Virus record (IMG/VR): IMGVR_UViG_3300025009_000079
Strand: one strand, 5' to 3'
DNA length: 64,000 bases
Origin: an uncultured virus (IMG/VR IMGVR_UViG_3300025009_000079)
Lineage: Duplodnaviria; Heunggongvirae; Uroviricota; Caudoviricetes
The notes beneath the pieces are model-generated. The model worked only from the letters and a program-made list of their open reading frames with translations, did not search any database and had not been told where the DNA came from. This document shows, piece after piece, positions 30,246 to 39,307 of this stretch. The position numbers and the translations under genes were made by a program. Positions within the stretch are counted from its first letter, which is position 1, and every line of letters starts with the position of its first letter.

Positions 30246-31064
30246 TTAGGTTTCCTCGACGGGGAGGAACTGGTAAACGTTGAACCTGAACTCGACGTAT
30301 TCCTTGCCGGATTCACCAAGGAAGAGCCTTGCAATATCAACGAAGTAGTAATCCGCCGAAAGGGCCGCGTCGTTCTCGACATACGAGGCTGTGGCGTCGA
30401 ATTGGATAAGCGACGTTCCGAATGCCCGAATGTTGGAGATGAGGAACTTGTCGCCAACCGCCGTGGCGTAGGGGAACGGGGAGTCGACGGTGTGTGTCGT
30501 TGTGCTGGCGCTCGAAAGGGCACGATAGATGCCCATGTTGAGACCCTTGGTACAGTACGCCGTGGTCTGCCCGGCGATGGTGGTAAAGTCGATTGCCGCC
30601 GTGTTAAAGCCCATGCCGGTAGCACTCGCTCCGGCCGTGACGGTGGATGCAGTGGGCGCCGTTCCGACCGCTCCATCATAAATGGGCATCCGAATCAGCG
30701 TCTCGGGGGTAATCTTGGCGATCTGCACATACGCCTGCTTGTCATTCCCCCACTCGCCCTCGATGCCCATCATATCGACGGTCATGTTGGCGTTGCTGGT
30801 GATGATGGACGTAATGCTGTTTCTCTTTGCGGTTGAGTTGTAGAGCTCCACTTGACGGCTCGTACCGACCACCACGCCGCAAGGCACCCCGTAAGTCGCA
30901 AAGGTTCCCTTGCCAGTAACGTCACCGATGCCGGCCGCCGCACCAAGCACGTTCACGCCGGTACTCGTGGCCGTGACAATGCAGCCCTCATAGACCGTGT
31001 TTGCGGCATTGGTGGCTACCGGAGCCCAAATCAGTTGAGGATTTTGGGAAACTACTTCAGCCAT
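30246..31064 (-). CDS. Putative capsid decoration protein
   Basis: Thr/Ala/Gly-rich, precedes the capsid gene. Confidence 0.6.
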   Translation of the reverse strand: MAEVVSQNPQLIWAPVATNAANTVYEGCIVTATSTGVNVLGAAAGIGDVTGKGTFATYGVPCGVVVGTSRQVELYNSTAKRNSITSIITSNANMTVDMMGIEGEWGNDKQAYVQIAKITPETLIRMPIYDGAVGTAPTASTVTAGASATGMGFNTAAIDFTTIAGQTTAYCTKGLNMGIYRALSSASTTTHTVDSPFPYATAVGDKFLISNIRAFGTSLIQFDATASYVENDAALSADYYFVDIARLFLGESGKEYVEFRFNVYQFLPVEET

Positions 31065-31075
31065 TGAAATGCTCC

Positions 31076-31639
31076 TTATCTAAAATCGCCTCGATAATTC
31101 CTGGTTCCGCAAAAAGGGCAGCCGCCAGTAACCTTCGAGGCATACGTCAATTTCACGGGATCGGCCGTACCATCGGCACAAATAGCCATCCCCCTTTTGT
31201 GCCCTCTCCGCATCGAGTAGGACGCCAACGTCAGGTCTCCCCCAAGATCAACGTCTCTTATCTGATCCATTCCGAGGGCCGTTGAGCCGTCTTCGAGAAG
31301 CAGTAAGTAGCCGTCTTCTTGGAGAATTCTCCCCGTGCTTAAACCGGAGCCATGGTTGAGTCCTTCCTCATACAAGCTCAGAGTGGCAACCACTCCACGA
31401 TCAGACCCGGCAGACTGCGGATAATTGTCGTAGTAGAACTCCGCACCGTCCCCGGCCCTCGACTGAGCACCCCCCAAATCATCCCGCTCCGTGTCGCAGA
31501 TGAACCCGCACTTCCAACACTTGACGTACCGGCCATGCTCTTTTTTGTCGGGGGAGTCCTTTCCTTGAATGGTGAGTGTTCGGGCATCGTGCCTGATGCG
31601 CGTTCTCCCACCGAGTCTATATTCTCTCCCGTAAGACAT
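31076..31639 (-). CDS. Hypothetical protein with split zinc finger
   Basis: CWKC...CPFC; LLLEDG motif. Confidence 0.65.
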   Translation of the reverse strand: MSYGREYRLGGRTRIRHDARTLTIQGKDSPDKKEHGRYVKCWKCGFICDTERDDLGGAQSRAGDGAEFYYDNYPQSAGSDRGVVATLSLYEEGLNHGSGLSTGRILQEDGYLLLLEDGSTALGMDQIRDVDLGGDLTLASYSMRRGHKRGMAICADGTADPVKLTYASKVTGGCPFCGTRNYRGDFR

Positions 31640-31645
31640 TTAGGA

Positions 31646-32542
31646 CTATGCTCCCATGATGTCCGCAACATCCTTGTCGGATAACCCCATCCTCATGGCC
31701 GCTCGCCTGGCATGATCGTCAAGCTTGACCTTTGGGACTTCTTTTGCCTTGGCAGCCATCCCTGACGGGGCACCAAGGGGGGCTCTCGGCGGATCTCCCT
31801 TGAGAGGATTCTTCGGCGTCTCATCCTTTTTCGGTCTTGCGAGTCGTTGCTTCAAGACGTGAGCCTGCGCTGCGTAGTAGTTGGTTTCGGCATCGATAAG
31901 CGGGTTTCCCGTGCGGATCACATTGTACGGGGCTCCGGCCTCGGTTGATAGCTTTACCGCCTCCTCATGCAGGGCAGAATCGTCCGCCTCGGCTCCAAGC
32001 TTGGTGAGCGTCGAAAGATATCCCGTCTCGTATTGCGTTCTTTGGACCGTCTGCTCCTGGACCTTGCGCTGCTCCAGTTGAGCGATGCGCCTCTCGAGCA
32101 GAGCGTCGAACTCTTTGCGGGTCGAGGGGATGTACTCGTCTTCCTCTTCCGCCTCCTGGCCTTGAATCATGCCCGGAGCGGCTTCTTTTTGTTGCAGAAG
32201 GGAAGTCAGGATTTGAAGCGTCTGGTTGGTCTGCTGAATTTGCTGCTCGTAAACCTTGAGAGTACCTTCAAGAGCGGCAACCTTGCGCCCGAGTTGCGAC
32301 CGTTCCTTATTGTCCTTTGGCTTCGGTGGCTCCTCTTGTTCCGCGCGCTCGGCTTCCTTGTCTTCTTGGTCGGTCTCTCCGGTGTCGGCAGGAAGGTCGG
32401 CGGACTCGTCCGATACTTTCTCTTCCCTGTCTACAACGGGTTCGTTTTCAATGAAGGATCTTGCTTCCTCCGCGGCCCGGTGCAGATCGTCAAGACTGAC
32501 GTCTTGCTGCTGGCTGGCATCGTTGGCGTCTTCGGGTGGCAT
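31646..32542 (-). CDS. Scaffolding protein
   Basis: Acidic disordered N-terminus, coiled coil, C-terminal AAMRMGLS helix-turn-helix. Confidence 0.75.
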   Translation of the reverse strand: MPPEDANDASQQQDVSLDDLHRAAEEARSFIENEPVVDREEKVSDESADLPADTGETDQEDKEAERAEQEEPPKPKDNKERSQLGRKVAALEGTLKVYEQQIQQTNQTLQILTSLLQQKEAAPGMIQGQEAEEEDEYIPSTRKEFDALLERRIAQLEQRKVQEQTVQRTQYETGYLSTLTKLGAEADDSALHEEAVKLSTEAGAPYNVIRTGNPLIDAETNYYAAQAHVLKQRLARPKKDETPKNPLKGDPPRAPLGAPSGMAAKAKEVPKVKLDDHARRAAMRMGLSDKDVADIMGA

Positions 32543-32659
32543 AAAGAAAAACTCCTATCATGGCTTCCAAGATTGCCGTGATGGGAGTTTCTTGGAGTGC
32601 GGATTATGTGATGGGTCTCGAAGGATTCCTTGGAGGAGTGTCCTTCTTTGTATTACACG

Positions 32660-32691
32660 AATATAATCACGTTGTTACTTGTTGTTGTCAA
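32660..32691 (-). promoter_or_regulatory. Putative promoter for the head operon
   Basis: TTGACA then TGATTATATT in an AT-rich gap. Confidence 0.45.
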
Positions 32692-32709
32692 GGGAAATTA
32701 TGCCCCTGG

Positions 32710-32907
32710 TTAGCTGTTCTTGCGAGCCAACTTATCCAGATAGTCCATTGCCTCTCTGGCTCCGACGCACATCACCTTGGATAGTAACGCTGGATTGCGA
32801 GAAAGAACCTTATATGTCTCTGACTCGTTGAAAAAATAATCGTTCATTGTTTTTTCAAGGTTCAACAAATTATCCCAAGCCTTCTGACCATCATTTATAA
32901 TTTCCAT
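32710..32907 (-). CDS. Hypothetical protein
   Basis: AGGAG SD. Confidence 0.55.
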   Translation of the reverse strand: MEIINDGQKAWDNLLNLEKTMNDYFFNESETYKVLSRNPALLSKVMCVGAREAMDYLDKLARKNS

Positions 32908-32910
32908 CGT

Positions 32911-33150
32911 TCAAGCTCCTTTCTTTTCGGTTATCTTGACGCTCTCATTTAAGTTGATGTTGCTCACCCCGCCGGCAAAGAAGTTGATCTGGATGTTGCC
33001 GTATTTCCTTTGGCTCATCCACTTAACGACCTCCTCAACTATCCTTTCTATGGACGGCTTCTGGTCGATAATTCTGTTGACGACCAACTGATTCTCTATG
33101 TCCAAAATCTGGTTTTTTATCAATCGCTTTTCGTCCAAGTTAGCTCCCAC
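32911..33150 (-). CDS. Hypothetical protein
   Basis: KYGNIQINFFAGG..ESVK. Confidence 0.6.
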   Translation of the reverse strand: MGANLDEKRLIKNQILDIENQLVVNRIIDQKPSIERIVEEVVKWMSQRKYGNIQINFFAGGVSNINLNESVKITEKKGA

Positions 33151-33472
33151 CTTTGTAGGTTTTAAGCTGATCCTCTATTTTGAGCTCATAGTCAAAATGC
33201 TTGGCGATCTTGGATGCCCATAGAACCAAGAGCTGATCCAAGACCCTGAACTTGATCGAGTCCTCCGTGTTGGCTTCCTGCTTGGCTATCTTGACCAGCA
33301 AGGCGCTCCATTCGGCCTGGGCTTCCCCGAGAATCTGCTGGCCTGGAACGCTTGATATGGCGTCAATGAATGCCTGACCCTTGCCCAATGTGGAAAGAAT
33401 GTTGACAGTCCTTTTCTTCCCGAAGGACTGAACGAACTGCGAGAGTTTGTCTCTTTGGAGTGCGTCGGCCAT
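33140..33472 (-). CDS. Hypothetical protein
   Basis: GGAGG SD before MADAL. Confidence 0.6.
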   Translation of the reverse strand: MADALQRDKLSQFVQSFGKKRTVNILSTLGKGQAFIDAISSVPGQQILGEAQAEWSALLVKIAKQEANTEDSIKFRVLDQLLVLWASKIAKHFDYELKIEDQLKTYKGGS

Positions 33473-33616
33473 TACATTACCCCTCCGCGCAGAAGGCTTC
33501 TTCTGTCTCTTCTGCCACCGTTGAATTGTCGGAAGCGTGCATGGCGTCAATCTGGTCTCTGTATTTTCTAATCAAGGCCCGCGTCACTTTTATATCTTCG
33601 AGTGTGATTAAGTCCA

Positions 33617-34141
33617 TTATGAGGCATCCTCCTTGACTTCAAACGGGACTTCCATGATTTCTGGTTTGTCGGATATCAGGAATCGTGAATAGACCTGATA
33701 TTTATCGGGTGAATCAAGCCATCCCTCGTTACAATACTTCTTGTTACTGGAAGAACACGTACATTCCCGAGGCACCCACACCTTCTCTCCATAGTACTCC
33801 ACAAATCTGTAATTGACCGACTCCGGGGGCTGTGTCTTTCTGGCCACGTCAAAACAAGGGCCGTGATATTCTAGTAAAACCCCCATCTCTGGCATCCTGC
33901 GCCAATAGAGCGTTTTGCTTGAATCCAACATGGGCTTCACGAAATCTGCAAATGCGTCGAAGGCTTGCTGTGCCGTTGCAAAGATTCTGGACGCTCTCCC
34001 GGTGAATATCTCGCCACTTATGATTTCGAGAAATTCCTCCCCGGTTGGTGCCATGGCAGAGATAAACCGCCTTGGATCTTGCGGCATGTCCTTGAAAAGA
34101 TCGAGAAGCTTCTCATCCCATTCGTGTAGGACTTTTCCCAT
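33617..34141 (-). CDS. Hypothetical protein
   Basis: SD; LYWRRMPE motif shared with neighbour. Confidence 0.6.
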   Translation of the reverse strand: MGKVLHEWDEKLLDLFKDMPQDPRRFISAMAPTGEEFLEIISGEIFTGRASRIFATAQQAFDAFADFVKPMLDSSKTLYWRRMPEMGVLLEYHGPCFDVARKTQPPESVNYRFVEYYGEKVWVPRECTCSSSNKKYCNEGWLDSPDKYQVYSRFLISDKPEIMEVPFEVKEDAS

Positions 34142-34161
34142 TATGGTTGGTCCTTTCTAGA

Positions 34162-34506
34162 CTAATCCTTCACCAAAATGGCGAATCTCGTATAGAAAAA
34201 ATCAGACACAATCTCTGGCCTTACTCGCCAAAACAATGACGACTTCGCCTTATTGATTTTGTGCATCGCCACGAGGTCTCCGAACCATTTGGAAAGTTGA
34301 CGATAATTGCCGTGATGCCCCGGTCTTGAGGCCATCTCGAAGCGAAGAACGATTCCATCTTCATCGCCCCCTGGTGGACAACCACTGACCACGCTCCAGA
34401 ATCCAGACTCGATGTCATTAATTTCCTCCATCACATTGAAGCATGGAAGTCTTTTTATTGATTCGCATCCGTAGCTTGGATTGAATATGTCGTTGTTTTT
34501 TGTCAT
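34162..34506 (-). CDS. Hypothetical protein
   Basis: LFWRVRPE motif. Confidence 0.55.
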   Translation of the reverse strand: MTKNNDIFNPSYGCESIKRLPCFNVMEEINDIESGFWSVVSGCPPGGDEDGIVLRFEMASRPGHHGNYRQLSKWFGDLVAMHKINKAKSSLFWRVRPEIVSDFFYTRFAILVKD

Positions 34507-34820
34507 CATTTGGTAGCCCCCAACTCCACGCCCCTAAAAGGCTTTTTGGGCTTGATTTCCCACCATTTGACGTCATTAATGCTCGACTTGTAATCTGGCC
34601 CAGGCTTGATTTCGAGCATGTCCATTAAGGCGTTGGCCCTGTCTGTTATTTCCATTGCGTCGGCTTCTCTGGTCGGTACCTCAATAAGTGCCTTGATTGC
34701 TGGCAGATTTGAGCTTTTGTGACATTCTGGACAATATTTTGGAGGTGCCCCTCTCAAGTCCATATTTATTGCGTAACCACAGTCTTCGCATAGCCACAAC
34801 ATTCTAACAGGCTTCATCAT
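34506..34820 (-). CDS. Zinc-ribbon protein
   Basis: CEDC...CPEC. Confidence 0.6.
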   Translation of the reverse strand: MMKPVRMLWLCEDCGYAINMDLRGAPPKYCPECHKSSNLPAIKALIEVPTREADAMEITDRANALMDMLEIKPGPDYKSSINDVKWWEIKPKKPFRGVELGATK

Positions 34821-34853
34821 TGCGTTACCCCTCCCATCTCAAAATACCGTTTC

Positions 34854-35153
34854 CTATGCCCAGCAAGTCGGGAAAGCATCATGTTTAGTCTCGCGTTGCT
34901 GACATGCACTCAGGCACGACACAAACACGGCCCCACACTTGGGACACGCATACCCATTTTTACCGTAATTGTAAATGCCGTCCTCTTCATAATCACAAAA
35001 AGAGCACATCCATTGGAATCCATGGGGGCCGTCGATAAAGTATGTTGGTCTTTTTTCTTGCATGAGCCTCTGATCTTGTTCTTGGAGTTGGTCAATTAGC
35101 CTTATTCTATCCAATCCATCCTTGAAACTGTCTTTAATGCTAGCCTGATTCAT
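34854..35153 (-). CDS. Zinc-ribbon protein
   Basis: CSFC...CPKC. Confidence 0.55.
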   Translation of the reverse strand: MNQASIKDSFKDGLDRIRLIDQLQEQDQRLMQEKRPTYFIDGPHGFQWMCSFCDYEEDGIYNYGKNGYACPKCGAVFVSCLSACQQRETKHDAFPTCWA

Positions 35154-35344
35154 TTCGCTATGTCCCCGCAATGTGGGCAGACATCAGGGTCAACGACTTG
35201 ATTCAAGCGTATCATTCTTCGGCATCTTCTACATTGAAGGTCCAAAAGATTGCCGTCCCATTTCGGAATGTATCCGCTCGAATCTTCTTCTATTACCTCC
35301 CCGTACAAATCATAAACATCCTTGCTCCCGGAGGTCCTCTCCAT
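35150..35344 (-). CDS. Zinc-ribbon protein
   Basis: CRRC...CPHC; coupled to portal stop. Confidence 0.55.
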   Translation of the reverse strand: MERTSGSKDVYDLYGEVIEEDSSGYIPKWDGNLLDLQCRRCRRMIRLNQVVDPDVCPHCGDIAK

Positions 35345-37362
35345 TACATTCCCTCTCCTGCATTGGCTCTAGCCATAACCTCGGTTTCACTCTGCTGTAT
35401 TCCGCTCTGGTTCGCCGTTGGTGCCTCAAATGTAGCACCTGGTAACGCCGGTCCTCCACCTTGCTGCCCGTTGCCTCCGCCTCCAGGAGCCTGCAACTGA
35501 GGCATAACCTTGGGATTCAAGAGTTTCCTCGACACATTAACAACCTCGTCACCCATGTAGGAAGCGCTGCGCTCAAACAGGTAGTTCAGAAACACCTTGA
35601 ACTGAGGGTCATTGGCATAGAGTTGAGCGTAAGGCGAAAGTGCCTGAATGAATTGGAGAAGGTTGCGAATCTTGGCCTGTTTGCTCTGCTCACCTTCGAT
35701 AGCTTGAGATAATGGCTTGAACCAGTAGTCCCTCGTGGGATCGAAGTGCATGACCTTCTGACCCATGAGTTTGTACCCGGTCTCAGGTTTTGCAAACCGC
35801 CACGTCATTTGCTGAATCATCCAGTAGAGTTGATCGTCGAACGTGTGCTCGAAGGTGAGCGCCTTGAAGTTGGATCTTTGGTTCGATCGGCCCTCGGCGC
35901 CGGCCACGGCCGTAGCAGTGGTAGACGCCCTGCTCGGTACATCCCCCATCGTGGTGGGGAACGTGGCGTCGAACTGTTGCATTTTGGATGAAAGTATCCC
36001 AATTTGATTCAAGGCACCACCGATGTTGTCGGAAATCTTAAACTCGGCTACATCCCCGATTTCCTTGACCATCATGGGATGACCTGGCTCAAAGTAGAGG
36101 GTGTCGTTGTCCTCAAGGCTCAGTTCCTTGGCCTGAAATGTCGGGATGGTAGCCAACATGGTTCGGTCCTGGCTGATATTGAATGTATCATCTATGGCCT
36201 TCTGGAGATCCCTTGCGTGCTTGGCATCCCCGAACCCACCGTCGTTCACGGGGTGGGGGTAGCAAAGGCCACGGATCACCGGGATGTACGGGATATCGTT
36301 GGCGTCGAGATATGGGGTCACATGGAAGGCTATTAGCGTCTGGCTACTGCCTTCGGATAGCGCCAATTCTTTGACTACATGGTGAAGCTCGGCGTCCTCA
36401 AGTGGTTCACCATCGTCGTCAATGCCGGGGCTCACCTTACTCGGAAGCCCGGTCATCTCATCCATCTCGTCAACAATGCACCAATCTTCACCATACCGTT
36501 TCAGAATGTCGAACTTCTTCTCGCCCTTCGGTGGAGCATACTCTTTGTCCTCTTCCTTGTTGAACGTTTCTCGGGCGGTCTCGGTCTCGTCTCCAGTGGC
36601 GATGTCTTCCAGAAGGTCAAGGTTGAAGTATCCGGCTCGATCCTTGTCCCGCTTGAGTTGAGAGAGGGTTTTCTCGGATCTCACGATCACATAGGGCTTC
36701 TGCTGGAGAGAGTAGACGTAGGAATTGTCCGTGAACACGTTACGGGGATCGAGGACTTCGTACTCGAACTGGTCGATAAAAACCTTTTCCCCCTTAATCG
36801 GCTGCTGAATAAGCTCGACTTTCGCAACCTGGGTCTCCGGGTCTTCAATCGGGTTGTCGTAAATATCGACGTCCATCTCTTGGTAGACGTCCTCATATCC
36901 AATGACAGCCTTCCGGCTTTGCTGGTTCCAAAGACACTCGGCGTAGACCTTCCCGTCGAGCCGATTCAAAAGCCTTGCCCTCACAAACTTGAGGTAATGA
37001 AACAGGCTCCTCTGGTTGAGGGTCCGGTTGATAAGCTCCTTTGTGGCATCCGCGGCCCTTAGCGCCTCAAGCGATTCGTCCTGAAGATAGCACTCCACGA
37101 AGTCCCTGGACTGGTAGTAGGTGTCCACGTCCATGCTGAGTTGGGTGAGCATATGAGAAATGAACTCGGGGATATGGATATCGGACATCCAATCGTAGTC
37201 CTTCTCCGACCTCTCGGCATCCAGGAGGGCCAAGTACGCCTCGAAATCATCGAAGTCAACCTGCTGATTTTGCTTACAGGTATCGTACTCGTGCATCATC
37301 GCGGAGCACATGGCACCTTCGATGGTTTCGTCATACTTGCGCTTGGGTGTCTTTTTTGCCAT
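35344..37362 (-). CDS. Portal protein (P22-like podovirus type)
   Basis: 672 aa, VLDPRNVFTD, DLQKAIDDTFN, TATAV; between TerL and scaffold. Confidence 0.85.
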   Translation of the reverse strand: MAKKTPKRKYDETIEGAMCSAMMHEYDTCKQNQQVDFDDFEAYLALLDAERSEKDYDWMSDIHIPEFISHMLTQLSMDVDTYYQSRDFVECYLQDESLEALRAADATKELINRTLNQRSLFHYLKFVRARLLNRLDGKVYAECLWNQQSRKAVIGYEDVYQEMDVDIYDNPIEDPETQVAKVELIQQPIKGEKVFIDQFEYEVLDPRNVFTDNSYVYSLQQKPYVIVRSEKTLSQLKRDKDRAGYFNLDLLEDIATGDETETARETFNKEEDKEYAPPKGEKKFDILKRYGEDWCIVDEMDEMTGLPSKVSPGIDDDGEPLEDAELHHVVKELALSEGSSQTLIAFHVTPYLDANDIPYIPVIRGLCYPHPVNDGGFGDAKHARDLQKAIDDTFNISQDRTMLATIPTFQAKELSLEDNDTLYFEPGHPMMVKEIGDVAEFKISDNIGGALNQIGILSSKMQQFDATFPTTMGDVPSRASTTATAVAGAEGRSNQRSNFKALTFEHTFDDQLYWMIQQMTWRFAKPETGYKLMGQKVMHFDPTRDYWFKPLSQAIEGEQSKQAKIRNLLQFIQALSPYAQLYANDPQFKVFLNYLFERSASYMGDEVVNVSRKLLNPKVMPQLQAPGGGGNGQQGGGPALPGATFEAPTANQSGIQQSETEVMARANAGEGM

Positions 37363-37411
37363 TAAAATCCCCTACATCCAGTTTCCCATTGCGTGTTGGC
37401 TGGGATATCCA

Positions 37412-37672
37412 TTAAACTCCTCTGTTCCAAGAATAGGTATCCGGACCATTTTCTCCATAGCAATATTCCGAAACAAATTTGAGATATTGGTCGCATTCTC
37501 CCATGGCTTCATACTCATACTCTTTCCCGTTGCAATCAAATGCAGTCTTCTTTACCAACTGACAGCCTGTAAGCGCCCTGACCATTTGGTCTATGGCAAA
37601 TGCCTTGTGTTTCTCCCCATCCATTTGCCCATATTTCATGGCTATGTCCAGGGCAAGTTTAACTTTTCTCAT
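37412..37672 (-). CDS. Hypothetical protein
   Basis: DGEKHKAFAIDQMVRALTG. Confidence 0.65.
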   Translation of the reverse strand: MRKVKLALDIAMKYGQMDGEKHKAFAIDQMVRALTGCQLVKKTAFDCNGKEYEYEAMGECDQYLKFVSEYCYGENGPDTYSWNRGV

Positions 37673-37854
37673 TAAAATCCTCTACATCCAGCAGTACCCC
37701 ACGACCACACCGGGGCAGGCATCAACTTGTCCATTTTGGCTTGGCAGCATGGGCATTCCGGATGTTGCTCGTCCGGGTTGCAATCGAAGGAGACGAAGCA
37801 CTCGGTCTTGAAACCGCATGATTTGCAGTAGTAGTCATAGATTCTTAGAGGCAC
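37672..37854 (-). CDS. FmdB-like zinc ribbon protein
   Basis: IYDYYCKSCG...CPCC...MPAP. Confidence 0.75.
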   Translation of the reverse strand: MPLRIYDYYCKSCGFKTECFVSFDCNPDEQHPECPCCQAKMDKLMPAPVWSWGTAGCRGF

Positions 37855-37875
37855 AAACGCTCCTAACTCAACATA

Positions 37876-38241
37876 TTACAAGGTTAGCTTTTTGACGAAA
37901 ACAAGCCCACGTCTTGGAGTGTCGCAATACTGTATACCATTCCTGTCACAGTATCCGACAATCTCGTCCTTATAACCAATGAACACGATTGACATTTTTT
38001 CATCTCTCGCCGCAACTCCGTCGAAGAACGAACCAAGCCCTGTCGATATATTCCGCAAATCAACAGACATGGACATGATGCGAAAACAATCATATTCTCC
38101 CGTCAAACTGTTCTGTGTCAGGGTAAGGATTCCTTCTCCGCTCACGTCAATGCAGGTTATTGACACTCTCTCAGACACAACATCTGGAAAATTCGACTTA
38201 AACGTATCCGATAGTTTCATCTTGGCCCCTACTTCCGTCAT
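37876..38241 (-). CDS. Hypothetical protein
   Basis: Coupled ORF. Confidence 0.5.
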   Translation of the reverse strand: MTEVGAKMKLSDTFKSNFPDVVSERVSITCIDVSGEGILTLTQNSLTGEYDCFRIMSMSVDLRNISTGLGSFFDGVAARDEKMSIVFIGYKDEIVGYCDRNGIQYCDTPRRGLVFVKKLTL

Positions 38242-38639
38242 GCGGCAATATCCTCTTTCTGTACGCCATCATTGCCGATACAGTCAAAGTATGCCCCACA
38301 TCGGTTACATGTCCACCGAAGAGAAAATTCTCTTTTCTTGCTTGTTATTGTGCCAGCCATTCTCCACTTGTGGCCTCCCGGCATCCACCCGCACAGCCAA
38401 GTTACCCATCCAGGGTAGTCTTCTCGCGTTTCAATGACCGGGAAAGAATGACTCCTACTGCCAATCTCAACATCACCATGCGGCAACACAAGCTCAGACA
38501 TGTAAAGTTCGGCTCTATCTCGATCATAGAACCTGGTCAGGAACAAATCTCCAAAAATACGAGATGACCAGTACACTTCATATTGGGGCTCTCCCAAATA
38601 AAATCCCTCTTTTAGCACATACTTCTTTTTAAGAAACAT
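38238..38639 (-). CDS. Hypothetical protein
   Basis: GAGG SD. Confidence 0.55.
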   Translation of the reverse strand: MFLKKKYVLKEGFYLGEPQYEVYWSSRIFGDLFLTRFYDRDRAELYMSELVLPHGDVEIGSRSHSFPVIETREDYPGWVTWLCGWMPGGHKWRMAGTITSKKREFSLRWTCNRCGAYFDCIGNDGVQKEDIAA

Positions 38640-38648
38640 GCCCCCTCC

Positions 38649-38849
38649 TCAGTATATAATCGGAATCATTATTGCCATGGCCGCAATATCAACGATATCC
38701 TCGAATATCTGCTGCCCATCGCTCTTCTTCTCGGGCGGCTTGGCCCGATTCGTTACCGTCGTTACACCGTCAACCGTTGTGGCTGTTGGCCTTGTTGTGG
38801 CGCAACCAGCCAGCATCATTACGCAGAGAGCTACGAGAACTGTCTTCAT
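38649..38849 (-). CDS. Putative lipoprotein
   Basis: MKTVLVALCVMMLAGC lipobox. Confidence 0.6.
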   Translation of the reverse strand: MKTVLVALCVMMLAGCATTRPTATTVDGVTTVTNRAKPPEKKSDGQQIFEDIVDIAAMAIMIPIIY

Positions 38850-39044
38850 CTTCCCCCCTCCATGTAACAGCAGCATCCAGCACTTCATTCACCAACTTAA
38901 CCGATGAATCAAGATCATTGACCGTACTCAGCAAATCAAAAGCAATCAGTCTTTCTATTCGATCCTTCGACCAATCAAGCTTGACTGCCCTCAATAGTTT
39001 CTCGGCCTCTGAAACGTCCAAGACTATGGCTCTTGGGCTGGCTA

Positions 39045-39275
39045 TCACGATACATCCTCCGTAGTTTCGCTTATTATTTCGCCACGGAAAATCATGGTAT
39101 TAAAATCATAAGTAATAAAAACCCTTGGGTCGTTGAACTCCACGCTGAGTAGTTTGCATATCAATTGCTTGGCGTAGAATTGATCCGCTCCAATCTTCAC
39201 GTCTGGATCGGATATTCCGCCAGTCACTTTATTGACTTCCTCCATGGTTACTTCGATTTTCGACATCTTGTCCAT
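39045..39275 (-). CDS. Hypothetical protein
   Basis: AAGGA SD. Confidence 0.5.
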   Translation of the reverse strand: MDKMSKIEVTMEEVNKVTGGISDPDVKIGADQFYAKQLICKLLSVEFNDPRVFITYDFNTMIFRGEIISETTEDVS

Positions 39276-39307
39276 CCTTTAGTTTCGGGTTGGAACGTAT
39301 ATTGTTG

